The position numbers were made by a program, and so were the translations under genes. This document shows, one piece after another, positions 1 through 11,029 of a stretch of DNA of 64,000 bases. Within the stretch, counting starts at the first letter, position 1; every line of letters starts with the position of its first letter. Source of the DNA: Minisyncoccota bacterium. GTDB taxonomy: Bacteria > Patescibacteriota > Minisyncoccia > Phycocordibacterales > PALSA-1337. Under the pieces are notes generated by a model. The model saw nothing but the letters and a program-made list of their open reading frames with translations. It did no database searches and had not been told where the DNA came from. The stretch is taken from positions 137,086 to 201,085 of the forward strand of contig JBAYFZ010000001.1 in NCBI GenBank assembly GCA_041666915.1, read 5' to 3'.

Positions 1-2160
<2,160 letters not shown>

Positions 2161-2244
2161 TATTGGTTCGACAGGCTCACCATAAGATGGTTGACATACT
2201 CATCAATCGGAGTAACCTTCTAGTTAAAAGAAAGGAGGTGCTTT

Positions 2245-2637
2245 ATGGCATCATTCAGTGAATTAGTTGAGCTCTTTGAAAAAGGAGAATTAGGAAAATT
2301 GTTGGCCAGCACCTTCAATGGTGAATGTGGCCCAGTGTATCGTTGCAATGAAGATCCTGAGCTTTTGGTTAAATTTAGTATTGGACAAGAAGCTCCTCAG
2401 GTTGATTTGTTGCGCATGGCTATTGAAAAATATTACATGAGAATGGGTTACTTCTTGGTTTTCAATGCGGTTCACAATCCAAACCAACTTGAATTTTTTG
2501 TATTTTTTCAATCAAAAGGGAGAGGATCGGTTAATGTTACTATTACCATTAATAACCATCCTACTCCGGTCATTGGTCAAGGTTACGCTATTTTGTGTTC
2601 CAGTTTACGAGTTACTAGCAAAATCTTCGAACCCTGA
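2245..2637 (+). CDS. Hypothetical protein, 130 aa.
   Basis: Strong SD (AAAGGAGGTG) 6 nt upstream of the ATG. No motif recognised. Confidence 0.5.
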   Translation: MASFSELVELFEKGELGKLLASTFNGECGPVYRCNEDPELLVKFSIGQEAPQVDLLRMAIEKYYMRMGYFLVFNAVHNPNQLEFFVFFQSKGRGSVNVTITINNHPTPVIGQGYAILCSSLRVTSKIFEP

Positions 2638-2688
2638 TATTGCTCGCAGTAACTCTCATAGTCCCGATGTTAATCCTCGGGACTTTTT

Positions 2689-3162
2689 TTACGCCGTCTT
2701 AACTTTCAATTTGGATTTTCTCTTTTTATCTAACTTAGGTAATTTCAAAATCAAAAGGCCATGCTTTTCTATAGCTTCAGCTTCGTCCACATCAATCTCA
2801 ACGGGTAGAGTGACCGTTCTGGAGAAAGAACCCCAATATAATTCTCTAGTGAAAAAATCATCATCACTGGCGATTTGTTCTTCTTCACGTTTGCCACGGA
2901 TAGTTACAAGGTCACGAGTTATAGAAATATCCAGATCTTCTGGTCTAACGCCAGCAATCATAGACTTGATGACGATCATCTCTGGAGTTTGGTATACATC
3001 AACAGTCAATTCGCCCTCTTGTTCAGTCTCTTTGTCTGTCCATGAAGTATCTTCATCGTCGTCTTTGCGTAGTTTTGCAGATAGGGAAGATTCGCTATCG
3101 TCTTTTTGTAAGCGAACTGATCCGGTGAGCCTTTCAAAGAATGAGGGTTTATCTTTTGACAT
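2689..3162 (-). CDS. Small heat-shock protein, Hsp20/alpha-crystallin family.
   Basis: Alpha-crystallin domain core …RELYWGSFSRTVTLPVEIDVDEAEAIEKHGLLILKLPK… (GxF.R…LP….A…GVL…PK pattern). Confidence 0.85.
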   Translation of the reverse strand: MSKDKPSFFERLTGSVRLQKDDSESSLSAKLRKDDDEDTSWTDKETEQEGELTVDVYQTPEMIVIKSMIAGVRPEDLDISITRDLVTIRGKREEEQIASDDDFFTRELYWGSFSRTVTLPVEIDVDEAEAIEKHGLLILKLPKLDKKRKSKLKVKTA

Positions 3163-3202
3163 GGTTATTATAAAAAAGTTCTAAAGTTACCTGTTGATTA
3201 TA

Positions 3203-4156
3203 TCAAGATAATTTGGGTTTGACTACTTTTATCTCTTCAAACAAGATCATGAGAATAACAACTGCTCCCCAAACCCATGTGAAAGCCTTCAAAGTTTCAG
3301 TGGCAGTACCGTTAATTATAGACAAATTGAAAGCGGCATGCAATGTTATAGCTGCGGATAAGCCGACGATAATAGCGATTGCTTTTGCAACATATCCTTT
3401 GTAAAAAACATAACCCAAACCAAATCCTACTACTGCTGAACTGACTATGTGTACAAGAGTTGCACCCATAAATCTCATATTGCCAGTGATTATACTTTGA
3501 GCGATTTCTCCTCCGGTCAATGGTTGGAGTAAAAAGAAAGTGTTTTCTAAAGCTGCGAACCCTAAGGCTACAACTATGCAATAAACCATGGCGTCTATCG
3601 GTTCGTCATTGTAATCAGCGTTCAGTGCTATTACTGCTACTGCAATGAATTTGAATATTTCTTCAATTCCAGCCCAAAGAGTGTATTGAAGTGATGAATT
3701 GAGATGGAGATTTGCAATATATTGTTCGGCAAAAATTGCGGCAATAACTGCTAATGTGCCACCTAGAAAAGTTGCTGTTAGAAGTCCACGCGGTTCAGGG
3801 TTTGCATCTTCACGAATCCAAAACCAAATCCAAATTAGTGAAGGGAGAAGTCCTGCCAAAAGGGCATAAACGAGAGTTGTAAAAGACATGCGTATATTAT
3901 AAAGGAATTGAAAGGAATGACCAAGGAAAAATGGGTATAAAAAAGGGAGAAGCCACACAGCTTCTCCCCATCTTATTTTCGCGGCACACAATTTCGCGAA
4001 AATAAGATTTGACACCATTATAACACCCCTCTTGACAAATGTCCAGTTATTTGATAGTAATAGGGAAGATTCAAACTTTGAAATAGAACCGCAAAAAGAC
4101 TGTGTTCTTGGAAGAATACGTCTGTTTAGCGGTATTTCAACAAAAAAGAAAGACAA
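3203..4156 (-). CDS. PrsW-family intramembrane protease-like membrane protein. The true start is probably at an internal Met (about 4018) or later.
   Basis: Polytopic membrane protein with EExxK (IEEIFKF), ALENTFF and HxxxN (TLHAAFN) motifs typical of PrsW/YpdC proteases. The first ~46 codons of the ORF look like a non-coding extension. Confidence 0.55.
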   Translation of the reverse strand: MSFFFVEIPLNRRILPRTQSFCGSISKFESSLLLSNNWTFVKRGVIMVSNLIFAKLCAAKIRWGEAVWLLPFLYPFFLGHSFQFLYNIRMSFTTLVYALLAGLLPSLIWIWFWIREDANPEPRGLLTATFLGGTLAVIAAIFAEQYIANLHLNSSLQYTLWAGIEEIFKFIAVAVIALNADYNDEPIDAMVYCIVVALGFAALENTFFLLQPLTGGEIAQSIITGNMRFMGATLVHIVSSAVVGFGLGYVFYKGYVAKAIAIIVGLSAAITLHAAFNLSIINGTATETLKAFTWVWGAVVILMILFEEIKVVKPKLS

Positions 4157-4159
4157 AAA

Positions 4160-5194
4160 ATGAAAAAAGTAATGCTAGCGTTGTCGGTTATTGGTCTGTT
4201 ATCAGTAAATCTGATGGCAGAGACTCAGCCTTCTGTGGGAAATCCTACGGTTGGTGATTCTGTAAGTACGGCGCCTAACGTTAAATCAATTGGTGCGCCT
4301 CCACGTTTCAATAGTTTGGTTAAGACACCCATCTCTTCGTTGGGTGGCACGATTGGGAATGTGACCGTAACCCCAGTTTTGGGACCTACGATGTCATCGG
4401 TATCATGGTCTTCGTTTGCTACCAAGTTGGTGGCGGACGCACGTAACCGGTCGGTGAAATTGTCACCAACGGTAATCACTGACCCGACAGATTATACAGT
4501 TTGTTATGGTAAGGTTAGCTGGTCAAACTTAATCTATTCTACGTCCAGCGCGATGTGGGGTGGCAAGTTAAATCCAGCGTCGCCGTTCCAGAATGAAAAG
4601 GGGCAAATAGTGTCCCAGCTGGTTCAAGCGGAATCAGTCAGTGGAGATAATACGATCTCTATGTCAATGCTCAGTGTAAGCTGTGAGTCGTCTGATGGTG
4701 GCAATATCTTGGGAGACCAAATATTGTTCATTCCGGCAGATTACAGCTCATTAGCTATTGGTATCCGGTCTGACGGTACAGTGATTACAAGTGGTCGTAG
4801 CGATCAAAAAGTCGCTCGAATTATCTTGATTACTTCAATGAAGCTATTCAATGGAGGTGCGAATCAAGCCGGCCTTGATCAAGTAGAGAATTGGGTAGCT
4901 GGTAAGGGTAACTTTACCATCACCTATTCAGCCCAAATCATTGGTGATGCTGGCTCCACTGCGTTTGCTCCAGTGAGCATTCTTGGTTACAGCAACGTTA
5001 GGCCGTTGGTTAGTATCAATCGTCAGTCCGGAGTCATCTCTGTAACTGGTGGCGAAAATCGTTATTATTCCATCATGACTACCACCGATCTTAACGGGTC
5101 GTCGTGGCAGTCGGCTGGCTCAGTCTATGGGAATGGAAACATCCCAATGACCTTTACCGGAAACCGTAAGTTTTTCCGCGCTGTGGCCCAGTAA
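4160..5194 (+). CDS. Secreted hypothetical protein with an N-terminal signal peptide.
   Basis: MKKVMLALSVIGLLSVNLMA signal peptide. Long ORF of 344 aa with no recognisable catalytic motif. Confidence 0.6.
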   Translation: MKKVMLALSVIGLLSVNLMAETQPSVGNPTVGDSVSTAPNVKSIGAPPRFNSLVKTPISSLGGTIGNVTVTPVLGPTMSSVSWSSFATKLVADARNRSVKLSPTVITDPTDYTVCYGKVSWSNLIYSTSSAMWGGKLNPASPFQNEKGQIVSQLVQAESVSGDNTISMSMLSVSCESSDGGNILGDQILFIPADYSSLAIGIRSDGTVITSGRSDQKVARIILITSMKLFNGGANQAGLDQVENWVAGKGNFTITYSAQIIGDAGSTAFAPVSILGYSNVRPLVSINRQSGVISVTGGENRYYSIMTTTDLNGSSWQSAGSVYGNGNIPMTFTGNRKFFRAVAQ

Positions 5195-5218
5195 GGCACA
5201 GAAAATAGTACATTCATG

Positions 5219-5258
5219 CAGAAATCCCCTCAAGACCTCAGGTCCTGGGGGATTTTTT
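5219..5258 (+). terminator. Rho-independent terminator.
   Basis: ATCCCC…loop…GGGGAT stem followed by TTTTTTT. Confidence 0.7.
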
Positions 5259-5326
5259 TACATAAAAACAGCTTGACTAGGTCGGACCTCGTAATCCCCG
5301 ATATTTGACCTCATCAGAGTTCAACC

Positions 5327-5360
5327 CTTGACAAAGTTGGCTATATAGTATAGTATACTG
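5327..5360 (+). promoter_or_regulatory. Sigma70-like promoter candidate (TTGACA-N17-TAGTAT/TATAGT), followed by AGTAT/ATACTG inverted repeats upstream of the 5415 gene.
   Basis: TTGACAAAGTTGGCTATATAGTATAGTATACT read directly. Repeated CAGTAT/ATACTG motifs up to 5400. Confidence 0.4.
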
Positions 5361-5414
5361 ATTAATACTGTAATTTCAGTATGTTTAGTATTAACAGAAA
5401 AAACCTTATATTAT

Positions 5415-6257
5415 ATGAATAAAAACATTATAACCTATGTAACAGTTGCTTCTCTCGCCTTCATTCCGATGGTGACTTTTGCGGCTGACCCTTCTGTTGG
5501 AGGTTCATTCTCAACAGCTGATCCTAGTACAGGATCTTCATCTTCTACTGCTGATCCTTCTACAGGAGGTTCAGCTTCTACTGCTAATCCACCAACAGGT
5601 GGTTCAGGCTCAACAGCTGCTCCAGCTGGTTCTACAGGTGGAGGTTCCACTGGTGGTTCTACAGGCTCATCTGGTTCTTCCGGCTCATCTAGTGGAAGAA
5701 GTTCTTCAGGTGGAGGTCGTTCCTTCAATCCTTATTGCACACTTATTACCAGTTACATGAAACTTGGTGCAAACAATGATTCTGCTCAAGTTACAAAACT
5801 TCAGAATTTTCTCAAGAATACTGAAAAGCTTGACGTTGATGTAAACGGTATCTTTGATACAAAGACCGAAACAGCCGTCAAATCTTTCCAGAATAAATAT
5901 TCTGCTGAAACTATGGGTCCTTGGGGTGTTAAAGAAGGTAATGGTAATGTCTTTATGACAACTGTAAAGAAGATCAATCAGATCGCTTGCAACCAACCTC
6001 TTACACTCAATCCTTCTGAATTAGCTATAATCAATTCTTATAGAATGGGTAATAGATCTGTAAATTCAACTGGTCCTACTATTGAGATAAAGGCAACTCC
6101 TGTCTCAACTGACGGTGAGGATAATCTTAAGAAAGATGATAGCGAAACTATTGAAGTCGGTAGTGTTGATGAAAATAAAAATTCTAATACTGCCAGTGTT
6201 GGAGACGCTTCTATCTTGAAACGTTTCTGGAACTTCGTCCTCTTCTTGTTCCGTTAA
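5415..6257 (+). CDS. Secreted peptidoglycan-binding-domain protein with a Gly/Ser/Thr-rich tandem-repeat linker.
   Basis: Signal peptide, 4 tandem ~14-aa repeats (ADPS[VT]GGS.ST), a poly G/S tract, then a PG_binding_1-like segment (TKLQNFLKNT…DVNGIFDTKTETAVKSFQ). Confidence 0.7.
   Translation: MNKNIITYVTVASLAFIPMVTFAADPSVGGSFSTADPSTGSSSSTADPSTGGSASTANPPTGGSGSTAAPAGSTGGGSTGGSTGSSGSSGSSSGRSSSGGGRSFNPYCTLITSYMKLGANNDSAQVTKLQNFLKNTEKLDVDVNGIFDTKTETAVKSFQNKYSAETMGPWGVKEGNGNVFMTTVKKINQIACNQPLTLNPSELAIINSYRMGNRSVNSTGPTIEIKATPVSTDGEDNLKKDDSETIEVGSVDENKNSNTASVGDASILKRFWNFVLFLFR
5478..5690 (+). repeat. Coding tandem repeat (42-nt unit GCTGAYCCTTCT…, about 4 copies) plus a G/S low-complexity tract inside the 5415..6257 CDS.
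   Basis: Direct nucleotide periodicity visible. The antisense ORFs at 5435..5728 and 5479..5760 are artefacts of this repeat. Confidence 0.8.
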
Positions 6258-6277
6258 TTATCTAAACATACTGTAAA

Positions 6278-6306
6278 CAAAAACTCCCCGCAATGGGGAT
6301 TTTTGT
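6278..6306. terminator. Bidirectional rho-independent terminator between the convergent genes 5415..6257 and tsaD.
   Basis: AAAAACTCCCCGCAATGGGGATTTTTGTT: stem TCCCC/GGGGA flanked by an A-run and a T-run. Confidence 0.7.
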
Positions 6307-7520
6307 TATAAACTTTTCGTACCCTGAGCGCGGAGACTAGCTGTATACTCTTTTTCGTCCAATGACCCCGCCAAAGCAATCATAAGAGCATTGTCTCCAG
6401 AAATATGATTTGAAGGTAGATATAGTGGAATATCAAATTCTTTGGCTGTATTCTCAAATGCTTTACGTAAAGTCTTGTTTGCACTTACACCACCTCCGAC
6501 AATAATAGTCTTTGCTCCGGTGTTTTCTATAGCAGAACGAAGTTTTGTATCCAAAGTTATTTTGACTGATTCTTCAAATTCCTTAGCCAATCCTTTTTTG
6601 AAATTATCATCTAATTTGCCATTTTCTTTTTCATAATTTCTAACAGCGTACATGACGGCAGTTTTCAATCCTGAGAATGAAAAATTCAGATCACCACTGT
6701 GAAGCATTGGTCTAGGTAATTTTACAATTGAGACGATCTTTTCTTCTTCTGCTTCGCCGGCCAACTTGCTTACATGAGGACCGCCAGGATATGGAAGTCC
6801 CAAAAGTCTTGCAACTTTGTCAAAAGCTTCGCCGACTGCATCATCTTTGGTTTGACCAAGAATGTTGTAACCAAGTGAGTTTTTGTCGGTTTTGATCTCT
6901 ACAAGTTCAGTGTGTCCACCACTTATGAGTAAAGCTATCGCAGGGAATGCTAGAGGTTTGAGTTTCTGCCATTCACCATGATGTTTGTCTGATTCTAATA
7001 ATGAACCTACGACATGACCTTCCATGTGGTTTACGGGGACGATCGGTATAGACCAAAGTCTAGAGAGTATTTGCCCAAAAATGATACCAACCCATAATGC
7101 TGGTTCAAGACCGGGTCCTTCGGTAACTGCTATACGGTCTATGTGAGGAATTGTTTTCAAGAATTCAACCTTCGCAAATGTTGTCATCAGATCTGAATTT
7201 CTTGCAGAAAAATCTGATTGGAATTGATTCATTCTCAAAGAGAATTGTTCATCGCTCAATAATTCATTTTTTGAATCGTAAATTGCTGACGTGGATTCAT
7301 CCAGTATTTTTTTGAGTAATGGTAACAAGTTTTTACCATGTTCACGTTTTGCTAGGGAAGGAAAGACCCCGCCAAAAGGACGGTGTAATTCGGCCTGTGA
7401 GTGTACCAATGAAGAAATGACGCGACATTCAAATATGCCGTCATTTGCGCGTGTTTCTATGAGTGCCAAAGCTGTCTCATCGCAACTGGTTTCTATACCT
7501 AGGGTGATCATAATGAACAT
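6306..7520 (-). CDS. tsaD: tRNA N6-adenosine threonylcarbamoyltransferase TsaD (Kae1/Gcp family), with an internal ~60-aa insertion.
   Basis: N-terminal …LGIETSCDETALALI… motif. HxxH metal site (HMEGH), GGVSANKTLR. Confidence 0.9.
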   Translation of the reverse strand: MFIMITLGIETSCDETALALIETRANDGIFECRVISSLVHSQAELHRPFGGVFPSLAKREHGKNLLPLLKKILDESTSAIYDSKNELLSDEQFSLRMNQFQSDFSARNSDLMTTFAKVEFLKTIPHIDRIAVTEGPGLEPALWVGIIFGQILSRLWSIPIVPVNHMEGHVVGSLLESDKHHGEWQKLKPLAFPAIALLISGGHTELVEIKTDKNSLGYNILGQTKDDAVGEAFDKVARLLGLPYPGGPHVSKLAGEAEEEKIVSIVKLPRPMLHSGDLNFSFSGLKTAVMYAVRNYEKENGKLDDNFKKGLAKEFEESVKITLDTKLRSAIENTGAKTIIVGGGVSANKTLRKAFENTAKEFDIPLYLPSNHISGDNALMIALAGSLDEKEYTASLRAQGTKSL

Positions 7521-7528
7521 TACTATAG

Positions 7529-7554
7529 CAGGATTCTTTCTTTACGGGAACGGT
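7529..7554 (+). repeat. 26-bp direct repeat, copy 1 (CAGGATTCTTTCTTTACGGGAACGGT), flanking the DUF5678/aspartic-protease cassette.
   Basis: 24/26 identity with the copy at 8228..8253. Both lie outside coding sequence. Confidence 0.8.
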
Positions 7555-7566
7555 GTGGGAATGGAA

Positions 7567-7965
7567 TTATTTTTTCTCTTTTATCTCAACTTCTCCCTTG
7601 GCGTAGTCAAATTTGATGATGAATTTATCAAAAAATCCTTTTTGTCCAACAATACCATACGAAACAATATTGCCACCTAGATTTGGCATGAATCCGACAT
7701 CTGTTTCAAACGATTTGTTACCAATTTTCAAAGTTACCTCATGATCATAATATAGAGAAATTTTACCACCAACACCAAAAACTTCTTTTGTTTTACTATT
7801 GTCTGTGCGAATACCTATTTTTTCACCAATCTCTGTATCAAAGAAACAATGATCAGAACCAGAATCAATTAACACTTCGTATCTGACACACTTACCAGAG
7901 TGCTCTAACGTTACAGGGACGACTGGTCTCAAAGCGTTTCCGTATTCCTTATACTTAAACTTCAT
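7567..7965 (-). CDS. Retropepsin-like (clan AA) aspartic peptidase domain protein.
   Basis: …YEVLIDSGSDHCFFD… (D-S-G active-site motif in a hydrophobic context). About 130 aa, typical of single-domain bacterial retropepsin-like proteins. Confidence 0.7.
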   Translation of the reverse strand: MKFKYKEYGNALRPVVPVTLEHSGKCVRYEVLIDSGSDHCFFDTEIGEKIGIRTDNSKTKEVFGVGGKISLYYDHEVTLKIGNKSFETDVGFMPNLGGNIVSYGIVGQKGFFDKFIIKFDYAKGEVEIKEKK

Positions 7966-8162
7966 AACGCGCCTCCAGCATAAGCTGATAGGCTAGGTGG
8001 CATTCGTGTAAAGATGGGATGGTCATACCCCTTTTTTTGAGCCATATCACTCGCTTCTTTCAAAGTTTTGCCGTGACCGACGACAGTTATTTCATCGTCA
8101 AGTAAAGCGACCCAAAGTCCCTTGTATTTTTTGTATATTTTAGTCCAGTTGATTGCTGACAT
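7962..8162 (-). CDS. Small protein resembling the DUF5678 family, translationally coupled (ATGA overlap) to the aspartic peptidase gene.
   Basis: …KYKGLWVALLDDEITVVGHGKTLKEASDMAQKKGYDHPIFTRMP… pattern. 4-nt overlap with the downstream CDS. Confidence 0.5.
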   Translation of the reverse strand: MSAINWTKIYKKYKGLWVALLDDEITVVGHGKTLKEASDMAQKKGYDHPIFTRMPPSLSAYAGGAL

Positions 8163-8168
8163 GATTCA

Positions 8169-8196
8169 ATTTTATCAGTCACAAAAACTTCGTCAA
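8169..8196 (-). promoter_or_regulatory. Candidate promoter (TTGACG-N16-TAAAAT on the minus strand) immediately upstream of the 7962..8162 gene start. Possibly gives a leaderless transcript. Overlaps a 10-bp palindrome, TCAATATTGA.
   Basis: Read on the reverse complement of 8165..8200. Confidence 0.35.
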
Positions 8197-8214
8197 TATT
8201 GACTATAAAAATAT

Positions 8215-8253
8215 TTTGTGCGCGATACAGGATTCTTTCCCTACGGGAACGGT
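8215..8253 (+). repeat. Composite repeat. It contains a 21-bp duplicate of the tRNA-Val 3' end plus flank (TTTGTGCGCGATACAGGATTC, identical to 8389..8409), fused to copy 2 of the 26-bp direct repeat (8228..8253).
   Basis: Exact 21/21 match to the 3' terminus of the genuine tRNA-Val gene. The next 26 bp match 7529..7554. Confidence 0.8.
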
Positions 8254-8295
8254 ATAGCCTTCACATTTTCTCAGACTCGACAAGCTCGTCCTCGA

Positions 8296-8349
8296 AAATA
8301 TGTTCAGACTTTTCGAATCCTGCCACAAGTGCCGTAGGGCACTTGTTAT
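8296..8349 (+). other. Inverted partial copy of the tRNA-Val 3' half (T-arm TTCGAATCCTG … acceptor TATCGCGCACAAAT), interrupted by a perfect 22-nt hairpin (ACAAGTGCC-GTAG-GGCACTTGT). Followed by a bidirectional terminator-like hairpin at 8350..8388.
   Basis: Sequence comparison with the reverse complement of 8393..8412. AAAAAAATCGCTCGATGCGATTTTCTT forms a stem flanked by A and T runs. Confidence 0.6.
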
Positions 8350-8392
8350 CGCGCACAAATAAAAAAATCGCTCGATGCGATTTTCTTATTTG

Positions 8393-8465
8393 TGCGCGAT
8401 ACAGGATTCGAACCTGTGACCCTCCCCACGTCAAGGGGATGCTCTACCAACTGAGCTAACCGCGC
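8393..8465 (-). tRNA. tRNA-Val (anticodon GAC).
   Basis: Cloverleaf folded by hand: acceptor GCGCGGT/ATCGCGC, D-arm GCTCAGTTGGTAGAGC, anticodon stem TCCCC/GGGGA with loop TTGACGT, T-arm ACAGGTTCGAATCCTGT. No encoded CCA. Confidence 0.9.
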
Positions 8466-8500
8466 ATTTTTGTTACCGCTCAACTCTACCAAAACTTTGC

Positions 8501-9601
8501 CTAAAAATCCATCGGTCCCGAGTTCACGGTTACGTTGCGACGTGAGGCGGTGGAAGTTTCGTAAATCTTGATTTGTTCAATAGTAAACTTTCCTAATTTT
8601 TTTGTAAGGCGTAATTCTACAATATTACCTTTCATAACTTCTGGAGAAAAATATTGATCAAAAAGGAGGTTGCCTATTGAATAGAAAACAGGGACGTCAC
8701 CCATAAAAGAGTGTTCCAAAGTTACATGAGGGTGACCGCCGATTATTGCACTTGCGCCGACCGATACCAACGATCTGGCTTGCGACCTCATCATAGGAGA
8801 AGAACTGGTTGAATATTCTGTACCCCAGTGTGGCATTACGATGACAAAGTAACCATGGTCGGATAATCTTTTTACATCATCTAGTATCCTATCAAAACCC
8901 GGTTGAAAAGCGTGGTAACCGACGAAAGCAACAGTAATATCATTTTTAGTTATAACTGCTTCTGTGGAGCTTGCATTACGAGAATCGCCAAACCATTGGA
9001 GTCCGGATTTTGATAGCCATTTTTTTGTTTCTTCTAGTCCAGAAAGCCCGAAGTTGTCGGTATGATTGTTGGCTAAGCTGAGTAGAGTTATTCCTGTTTT
9101 TGTTAGTGTCTCAGTGACTTTTGGTTCAAATGTAAAAGTAAGTTCCTTGGAAATTTTTCCATTTGGTAAAAGAGTTTTTGATGGATTGGAAGTGATAGGT
9201 CCTTCTAGATTTGCTACGACAATATCAGCTTGTTTGAAAAGTTGTACAGTAGTAGAAGCAAAGAGGGAATCGTAGCCGTATTGTTGACCAAGCCTACGTA
9301 CACCACGGTCCATCATGATGTCGCCACCGATCATTATTGTAAGGGAAGAAGTTGATGGAGTTTTCGTTGTTATAGGAGTTGACTCTGATTGTTTGGAAGT
9401 ATCTGGGATTTCGGAAGATACGGAAATAGGTTGCTGATTTGATGATGTAATATTTTGTATGGCGACACTGACACTAGCGGGCATATTGCTTGCTTTGAAA
9501 CCTTGCAAGCCCACCCACAAAGAACCCCAACCGAATACAACAACTAGTATTGTGTAGAAGATCTTGGCTTTATCTATTGATTTTGGTTCTTCATTATCCA
9601 T
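8501..9601 (-). CDS. CapA/PgsA-family metallophosphatase-like protein (poly-gamma-glutamate capsule biosynthesis family) with an N-terminal membrane anchor.
   Basis: …IMIGGDIMMDRGV…ANLEGPIT…LSLANNHTDNFG…MPHWGTEY…IIGGHPHV… motifs. Confidence 0.8.
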   Translation of the reverse strand: MDNEEPKSIDKAKIFYTILVVVFGWGSLWVGLQGFKASNMPASVSVAIQNITSSNQQPISVSSEIPDTSKQSESTPITTKTPSTSSLTIMIGGDIMMDRGVRRLGQQYGYDSLFASTTVQLFKQADIVVANLEGPITSNPSKTLLPNGKISKELTFTFEPKVTETLTKTGITLLSLANNHTDNFGLSGLEETKKWLSKSGLQWFGDSRNASSTEAVITKNDITVAFVGYHAFQPGFDRILDDVKRLSDHGYFVIVMPHWGTEYSTSSSPMMRSQARSLVSVGASAIIGGHPHVTLEHSFMGDVPVFYSIGNLLFDQYFSPEVMKGNIVELRLTKKLGKFTIEQIKIYETSTASRRNVTVNSGPMDF

Positions 9602-9647
9602 CAGTTTTCAATATGCGGATAGGTGAATTATAGCATGTGGGGGAGGG

Positions 9648-9692
9648 TTTTTAATATAAAAAAACAGGTCTAGATTTTCATCTAAACCTGTC
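9648..9692 (-). terminator. Rho-independent terminator for the 9706..10254 gene.
   Basis: A stem of about 11 bp (CAGGTCTAGAT…ATCTAAACCTG) followed on the minus strand by TTTTTTT. Confidence 0.55.
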
Positions 9693-9705
9693 TGTGAATA
9701 CAATT

Positions 9706-10254
9706 TCACTTTAGTAGCCACGGAATGACTAGAAGTGAACAACCGATAATATTTACTCCAGAGTATAGTCTATCTTCAAGTGTCCAAGCTTTTGCGGAGA
9801 CAAATGCAAGAGTGTTGGAAAGAAGAAATCCTGAATTAGGAATGATGGGGCTACTTTCTGGTGATTTCCAAGTCATTACCATAAATGGTATGAAGGCAAT
9901 AGACGATGCTGTTATTGATAATATCAATGCCAGTTTCGGTCCATTTGTGAGCCAAAGAATTACGCATAACATCACCATGATGGCGATGAGGCTATCCAAC
10001 CCTGACCACGCACATCTTCCTTTGAAGAGAAGAATGATTGTCGTAATTGAAGCACCCGTGCCGTAGACCATGGGAATCGCTGGATTCGCTTTTTGTTTTA
10101 ACATCGTAAAGCATGTTATCCAAGCTAACATGGACCAGAGTCCAAAAGTTGTTAATGACAAACCTTCGCCAGTCCCTTTTGCTGTTGCAATGATCATGTA
10201 GAGGTATGCAGATACACCCGCTACTATACCTAGTATGTTTAAATTTTTCTTCAC
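9706..10254 (-). CDS. Polytopic membrane protein, hypothetical.
   Basis: 5-6 predicted hydrophobic helices. No recognised motif. Confidence 0.6.
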   Translation of the reverse strand: MKKNLNILGIVAGVSAYLYMIIATAKGTGEGLSLTTFGLWSMLAWITCFTMLKQKANPAIPMVYGTGASITTIILLFKGRCAWSGLDSLIAIMVMLCVILWLTNGPKLALILSITASSIAFIPFMVMTWKSPESSPIIPNSGFLLSNTLAFVSAKAWTLEDRLYSGVNIIGCSLLVIPWLLK

Positions 10255-10422
10255 AAGTCATGTCTTTCGTTGATTGTTTGAACCTACTGCTTTTATTATC
10301 ATAGCACGTAGTTTGTGTAGGTGTCAACTATAGGGGAACCGGTCACGCGTATTTTTCTGCTGAAAAATCGCGCGACCCCGACTCGCTCGCCTTCGCGAGC
10401 TCCGTCTTTCGATTCTGAAAAA

Positions 10423-10447
10423 GAGCAATACCCATTGCTCTTTTTCA
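10423..10447. terminator. Bidirectional terminator hairpin downstream of tRNA-Glu.
   Basis: AAAAAGAGCAATACCCATTGCTCTTTTTC. Confidence 0.6.
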
Positions 10448-10475
10448 CTACAAAATTTTACTTCGTAAATTTTTG

Positions 10476-10547
10476 TAGCCCTACGGGGAATCGAACCCCG
10501 ATTACCGCCTTGAAAAGGCGATGTCCTAACCGTTAGACGATAGGGCC
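10476..10547 (-). tRNA. tRNA-Glu (anticodon UUC).
   Basis: Acceptor GGCCCTA/TAGGGCT(A), anticodon stem TCGCC/GGCGG with loop TTTTCAA, T-arm CGGGGTTCGATTCCCCG. Confidence 0.85.
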
Positions 10548-10603
10548 ATGGACTAGATACTACTATTTTTTCATGATTTTGGCAAAAGTGCTATGATGAT
10601 ACG

Positions 10604-11017
10604 ATGACTACGAGGAATGTGTCTGTTCTCATACTTTATAGTAAAGGTAAAATACTATTACAAAAACGTGCCAAGACTGCCAAGAGATTTCCTTGTCGTT
10701 GGGGACTTTTTGGTGGAGGTATAGAGAAAAAAGAGACACCAAAAGCTACTTTGAAAAGGGAAATTATGGAGGAATTAGGTTTGAAATTGACTACTCCCAA
10801 ATTCTTCAAAGAGTATCCATATATTTTGGATGATGTGGGAGAAAGAGGGGATATCTCAGTTTATTTTCATGAGTATAGCAAAGAGAAACTTTATTTAAGG
10901 GAAGGGGAACAAATGAAATGGGTCAGTCTACCGGAAGCTCTCAATTTAGATCTGCATCCGATCTATAGGGATATAATAGAAGATATTGGGAAGAGAGCTG
11001 GTTCTGTGTTATCGTAA
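10604..11017 (+). CDS. NUDIX hydrolase.
   Basis: Nudix box GGGIEKKETPKATLKREIMEELG (Gx5Ex7REUxEExGU). Confidence 0.85.
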   Translation: MTTRNVSVLILYSKGKILLQKRAKTAKRFPCRWGLFGGGIEKKETPKATLKREIMEELGLKLTTPKFFKEYPYILDDVGERGDISVYFHEYSKEKLYLREGEQMKWVSLPEALNLDLHPIYRDIIEDIGKRAGSVLS

Positions 11018-11029
11018 ATTCGTTACCAT

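Noticed and set aside
5435-5760. Two antisense or alternative-frame ORFs (97 and 93 aa) inside the 5415..6257 gene.
   Set aside because: They are generated by the 42-nt tandem repeat and the G/S low-complexity tract, which keep all frames open. Their products are low-complexity.
8199-8459. 86-aa ORF on the + strand.
   Set aside because: It overlaps the tRNA-Val gene, its inverted tRNA fragment and the terminator hairpins. It is an artefact of translating structured RNA.
10321-10536. 71-aa ORF on the + strand.
   Set aside because: It lies antisense across tRNA-Glu and GC-rich hairpins. No RBS. Spurious.
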